The notes under the pieces are model-generated. The model was not told where the DNA came from, did no database searches, and saw only the letters and a list, made by a program, of their open reading frames with translations. DNA of 64,000 bases, from the NCBI GenBank assembly GCA_013239625.1, contig MU054323.1, positions 3,708,161-3,772,160 on the forward strand, read 5' to 3'. Each line of letters begins with the position of its first letter. Within the stretch, counting starts at the first letter, position 1. The DNA comes from Lama guanicoe. Lineage: Eukaryota. Both the position numbers and the translations under genes were made by a program. Below are positions 60,320 through 64,000 of this stretch, piece by piece.

Positions 60320-62885
60320 CCAGTATTTTGGGTGAAGTGTCCTATAAACGTCTACTAATCCTGTTGGTTGATAATTGTTGTTGAATTCATCTACAACCTT
60401 GCTAATTTTCTGTCCTGTTGTTCTACTGATTGTTGAGAGAGGGGTGTTTAAGGATCCAACTGTAACTGTGGATCTGTCCATTACTCCTTTCAGTTCTATC
60501 AGTTTTTGCTTCGTGTATTTTGTAGCTCTTCTGTTTGGTGCATACACGATGTCCCTCTCTGTTCCTCGTAATTTTCTTTGCTCTGAAGTTGACTTTATCT
60601 GATATTAATACAGTCACTTCTGGTTCCTTTTGATTAATAGTTACATGATCTACCTTTTCATATTCTTTTACTGTCAATCTACCTGTATGATTATATCTGA
60701 ACCAAGTTTCCTGAAGATAGCATATACTGAGGTTATGTTTTTTAATCCGTTTTGTCAATTTTTATTTTTTAATTGGTGTATTTTGACCATTTACATTTAA
60801 TGTAATTATTGGTATATCAGAGCTTGTACGCTATTTTATTATTTGTTTTCTGTTGGTTGTCTGTCCCCCCCCCCATTTTTCTGTGTTCTTTCTCTGGCCT
60901 TCCTATTTATTACTATTCCATTTTGATTTACCTAGAATGTTTTTTGAGTATGTCTCTTTGTATAGATTTTAAAGTGATTATTCTAGTATTACGCTATATA
61001 TGTAACTTAATACAGTTTATTGGTATTGACACCTTACGAGTTCAAGTAAAGTACAGAAACTTCACTTCTCTTATGTTCCTTTGTCCTCACCCATTTAAAA
61101 TATAATTGTCTTAAATACTTCTTCTGTATATATTTAGATTCATATCAATGTTACAATTTTTGCTTCAACTGTTAAACATAATTTAGAAATCTCAAGAGGA
61201 GAAGGAAAATGTCATTACCCACATTTTTTCCTTTCTGTTCTTTCTTTTCTTAATGTTTCAAGATTCCTTCTTTTATCATTTCTTTTCAGTTTAGAGAACT
61301 TCCTATAGTTAATCTTTTAGGATAGGTCTGATGGTTTCAAATTCCTTTGGTTTTCCTTCATTGAAGAATGTCTTACTTTACTCTTCTTTCCTGAAGTATA
61401 TTTTTGCTGGATATAGAATTCTGCATTGATAGTTCTTTTCTATTTGCATTTGAAATATGTAATTTCTTTTGGTCTCTATAGATTCCAGTGAGAAAACAGC
61501 TGTCATTCAAATAGATTTTCCTCTAAAAATAATGCATCATTTTTTCTTTGTTTCAGTTTTCAAAAGTTTGATTATGATGTGTTTTAGTGTGGATTTCTTT
61601 GGGTTTACCTATTTGGAGTTCATCCAGCTTCCTGAATCTGTAAGTTTACATCTTTTGCCAAATTTGGGAAGTTTCCATATTTATTGGTCTAATCTTCATG
61701 TTCTCTGATTCTTTCCTCTGTCTCTTCCACTTTACTGTTCAGCTCAAACATTGAGTTTTTTTATTTCAGTTACTATTTTTTTCAGTTCTAAAATTTGTTT
61801 AGTTTTTCTTTAAATTTTCTCTTTCCTGAGATTTTCTATTTTTTTCATTAGTTTCAAACATGTTTATTAATTGCTCATTTAAGCATTTTTATAATGACTG
61901 CTTTAAAAATCCTTGTCAGAAAATTCTAATATCTCTGTCATTTTGGTGTTGGCATTTATTGTATTTTTCCATTCAAGTTGAGATTTTCTGGGTTTTGGTA
62001 TGACAAGTCATTTTTAACTAAAACTTGGACATTTAGGGTATTATGTTATAATACTGGGTCTTTTTTAAACCTCTATTTTAGCTGGATTTTTTTGTTTTTT
62101 TCTGATACTTCTCCAGCAGGGGGAGAAGGGAGGGAGAATTGCCATCTCACTACTACCAGGTAGGGTAGAAATCCAGGTTCTCCACTTGGTTTCTGTCGAC
62201 ACCCAAGGGGTGGAGAGGCTCCTCATTATTGCTGGGCAGGGATAGGAACTCTGACTCCTCACTAAGCCTCCACTGTTACCGTCTGGCTGGGAGGAATAGA
62301 ACTGCTTTGTTATTTTCCCCCATATGACTTCCACTGAGGAGGTGGTGGTAGTGGCTTCATTACTGCCGGGCAATGGCGAAAGTCCTGTCTCTCTCCTCAG
62401 CCTCTTTGGGACATCACTCTAGTGGGGAAGGAGAGGGGTGCTTTCATTACTGCTGTGTGTAGGGTAAAGTCCAGGCCTCCCACTTGGCCTTTGTTGGCAT
62501 GGGTAGCAATAAGGCCACAGTTTTTACTATGGCATGGCTAGATTAGGGCAGTTATTATCTAAAAGTTTCTTTTAGAAAGGTGGCCATTTTCCTGGTCCTC
62601 TGGCTACAGAGTGAAGACTTTTTCCAGGGCATTTTTTAATCCATACCCATTGGTGTTTCTGGGTCACTGGCTCCAAGTCTAGGATATATGCGGTAAAAAG
62701 AAAACCCAGGGAACTCACCACTGTGTTGTTCCTTGGGCTCCAAAGTCCCTACATAGTCTGCTTTTTTCTCCACCTTTCAGAGTCTTCTTATGTTTGGTTT
62801 ATATATGATATGCAGGGTTTTTAGTATTTAGTATGAGAAACAGGAGAAAGTCCATCTATTCCATCTTCCTGGAAGCAGAAGTTCT
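60320..62885 (-). mobile_element. Old LINE-1 (L1M/L1MD-type) 5' portion: 5' UTR, degraded ORF1, ORF2 endonuclease region
   Basis: ORFs 60423-60758 (ICYLQETW...VTVLISDKVNFRAKKITRNREG) and 60266-60547 (YAPNRRATKYTKQKLIELKG...NTPLSTISRTTGQKISK...DVYRTLHP) are frameshifted L1 endonuclease; 5'-end-like acttctgcttccaggaagatggaatag near 62880. Confidence 0.85.
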
Positions 62886-63734
62886 TGGAGGAAAATGGAT
62901 TCCTTAACTAGAGGATGCTTTTTTAAAAGTCTTTTATATAGGGTAAAAAGAAAAAATACTAAAGAAGGAAAAAAAACTGTAAAGGGGAAAAAAAATGACT
63001 TACTGAAGTATACATGGAATAATTTTATGTATATTTGCCAGAATTTCAAGTGATTTCCATTTGATCTCAAATAATTTCCAAAGGTGTAGTGGCCCTTAGA
63101 GATTACCTAGTCTAACTCTTGATTTGATCAATGACTAAGAACTAGAGAGGGGAAGGAACTGAATTGAGGCCACAGAGGGGTCTGAGGCAAAAACAAAATG
63201 AGAGTTCTGGGTTTCTGACATCCAATCAGTGCCATTTTCACTTACTAGGTCATTTCTTTCTCTTCCATAATATGAGGGGAGGTTAAGGGGCTGGATCAGA
63301 AGGTCTTCAAGGGACATCTCCAACTTCAATCTTTGGTGATTTTTATGACTGTCCTAGGCCGTGCTTCTTCTTCTCCCTATCTTACTGCCTTCCTCTGCTA
63401 TGCTAAGGCTATAATAAAGAATGGGAGTTGGGGAGAACATGGAGGGGAAAAACCCACAAATACAGAAAATACACTGAACTTTGTATTTGTGATGACGGCT
63501 TCTTGCTATGTATTTGGAAAAACACCTCCCATACAATCTGTAACCATACAGCTGTAAAGGTGAGGCTGTGATTTGTTTCTGGATTCACTATGCACATGAT
63601 TTTGGGGCACTCAATGCTGGTGAGAACAGTAAACTTCACTCGGGAGTCCTGCCTTTATGACTGACTGGAGCAAAGAGACAATAGCAGCAACTGTGGTAAA
63701 ATGAAGCTTAACATAGTGGCAGACTGGGAGAGAC

Positions 63735-63885
63735 CAAACACTACCCAGCAGCTGTGTGCCTTTGGGCAAATCATGTAACTTCTCTGAACCTCAGCATCTT
63801 CATCTGTAAAATGGGGACAGTAACAATACCTAAACCTCATTAGTTCTGAGGACTACAGGTAAAAGCTTAGAACAGTGCTAGTAGC
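63735..63885. mobile_element. MIR SINE
   Basis: gctgtgtgcctttgggcaaatcatgtaacttctctgaacctcagcatcttcatctgtaaaatggggacagtaacaatacc; MIR core. Confidence 0.8.
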
Positions 63886-64000
63886 TGCTGCTGCAACTGC
63901 TGATACGTCATTCATTGGAGGCTTATTATAAATAAAATACTAGATAGACACTTTGCATATATTATCATATTTAGTCACATAATAATCTTTTGAGGTATGG

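Noticed and set aside
1..64000. CRISPR arrays, operons or a novel prokaryote-like or viral gene system
   Set aside because: The window is spliced mammalian DNA; I saw no repeat-spacer arrays, intact transposase/integrase ORFs or unexplained long protein-like ORFs.

Overview
Mammalian genomic DNA, most likely a camelid (tRNA-Ala-derived SINE, cetartiodactyl-type L1 3' ends, no recognisable Alu, B1/B2, Bov-tA, PRE-1 or Can-SINE). It covers the conserved HS1BP3-GDF7-LDAH block. Minus strand, left: coding exons 1-3 of HS1BP3 (PX domain; 8797-8828, 3335-3500, 538-745), continuing off the left edge. Plus strand: the complete two-exon GDF7/BMP12 gene (20462-20852 + 23660-24618, 449 aa) in CpG islands, with a probable ~7.3 kb 3' UTR. 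Minus strand, right: the last two coding exons of LDAH/C2orf43 (51922-52004, 39409-39600), which the ORF track misses. The rest is intron or intergenic DNA with old L1, L2, MIR, LTR and hAT remnants and microsatellites. I found no evidence of a new multi-gene system. The best leads are regulatory: an out-of-frame uORF overlapping the GDF7 start codon, an in-frame upstream ATG in HS1BP3, a possibly Pol III-competent SINE near the LDAH 3' end, two L1 3' ends inside one target-site duplication, and several candidate enhancer/CTCF motif clusters. Repeat family names and boundaries are by eye and approximate.
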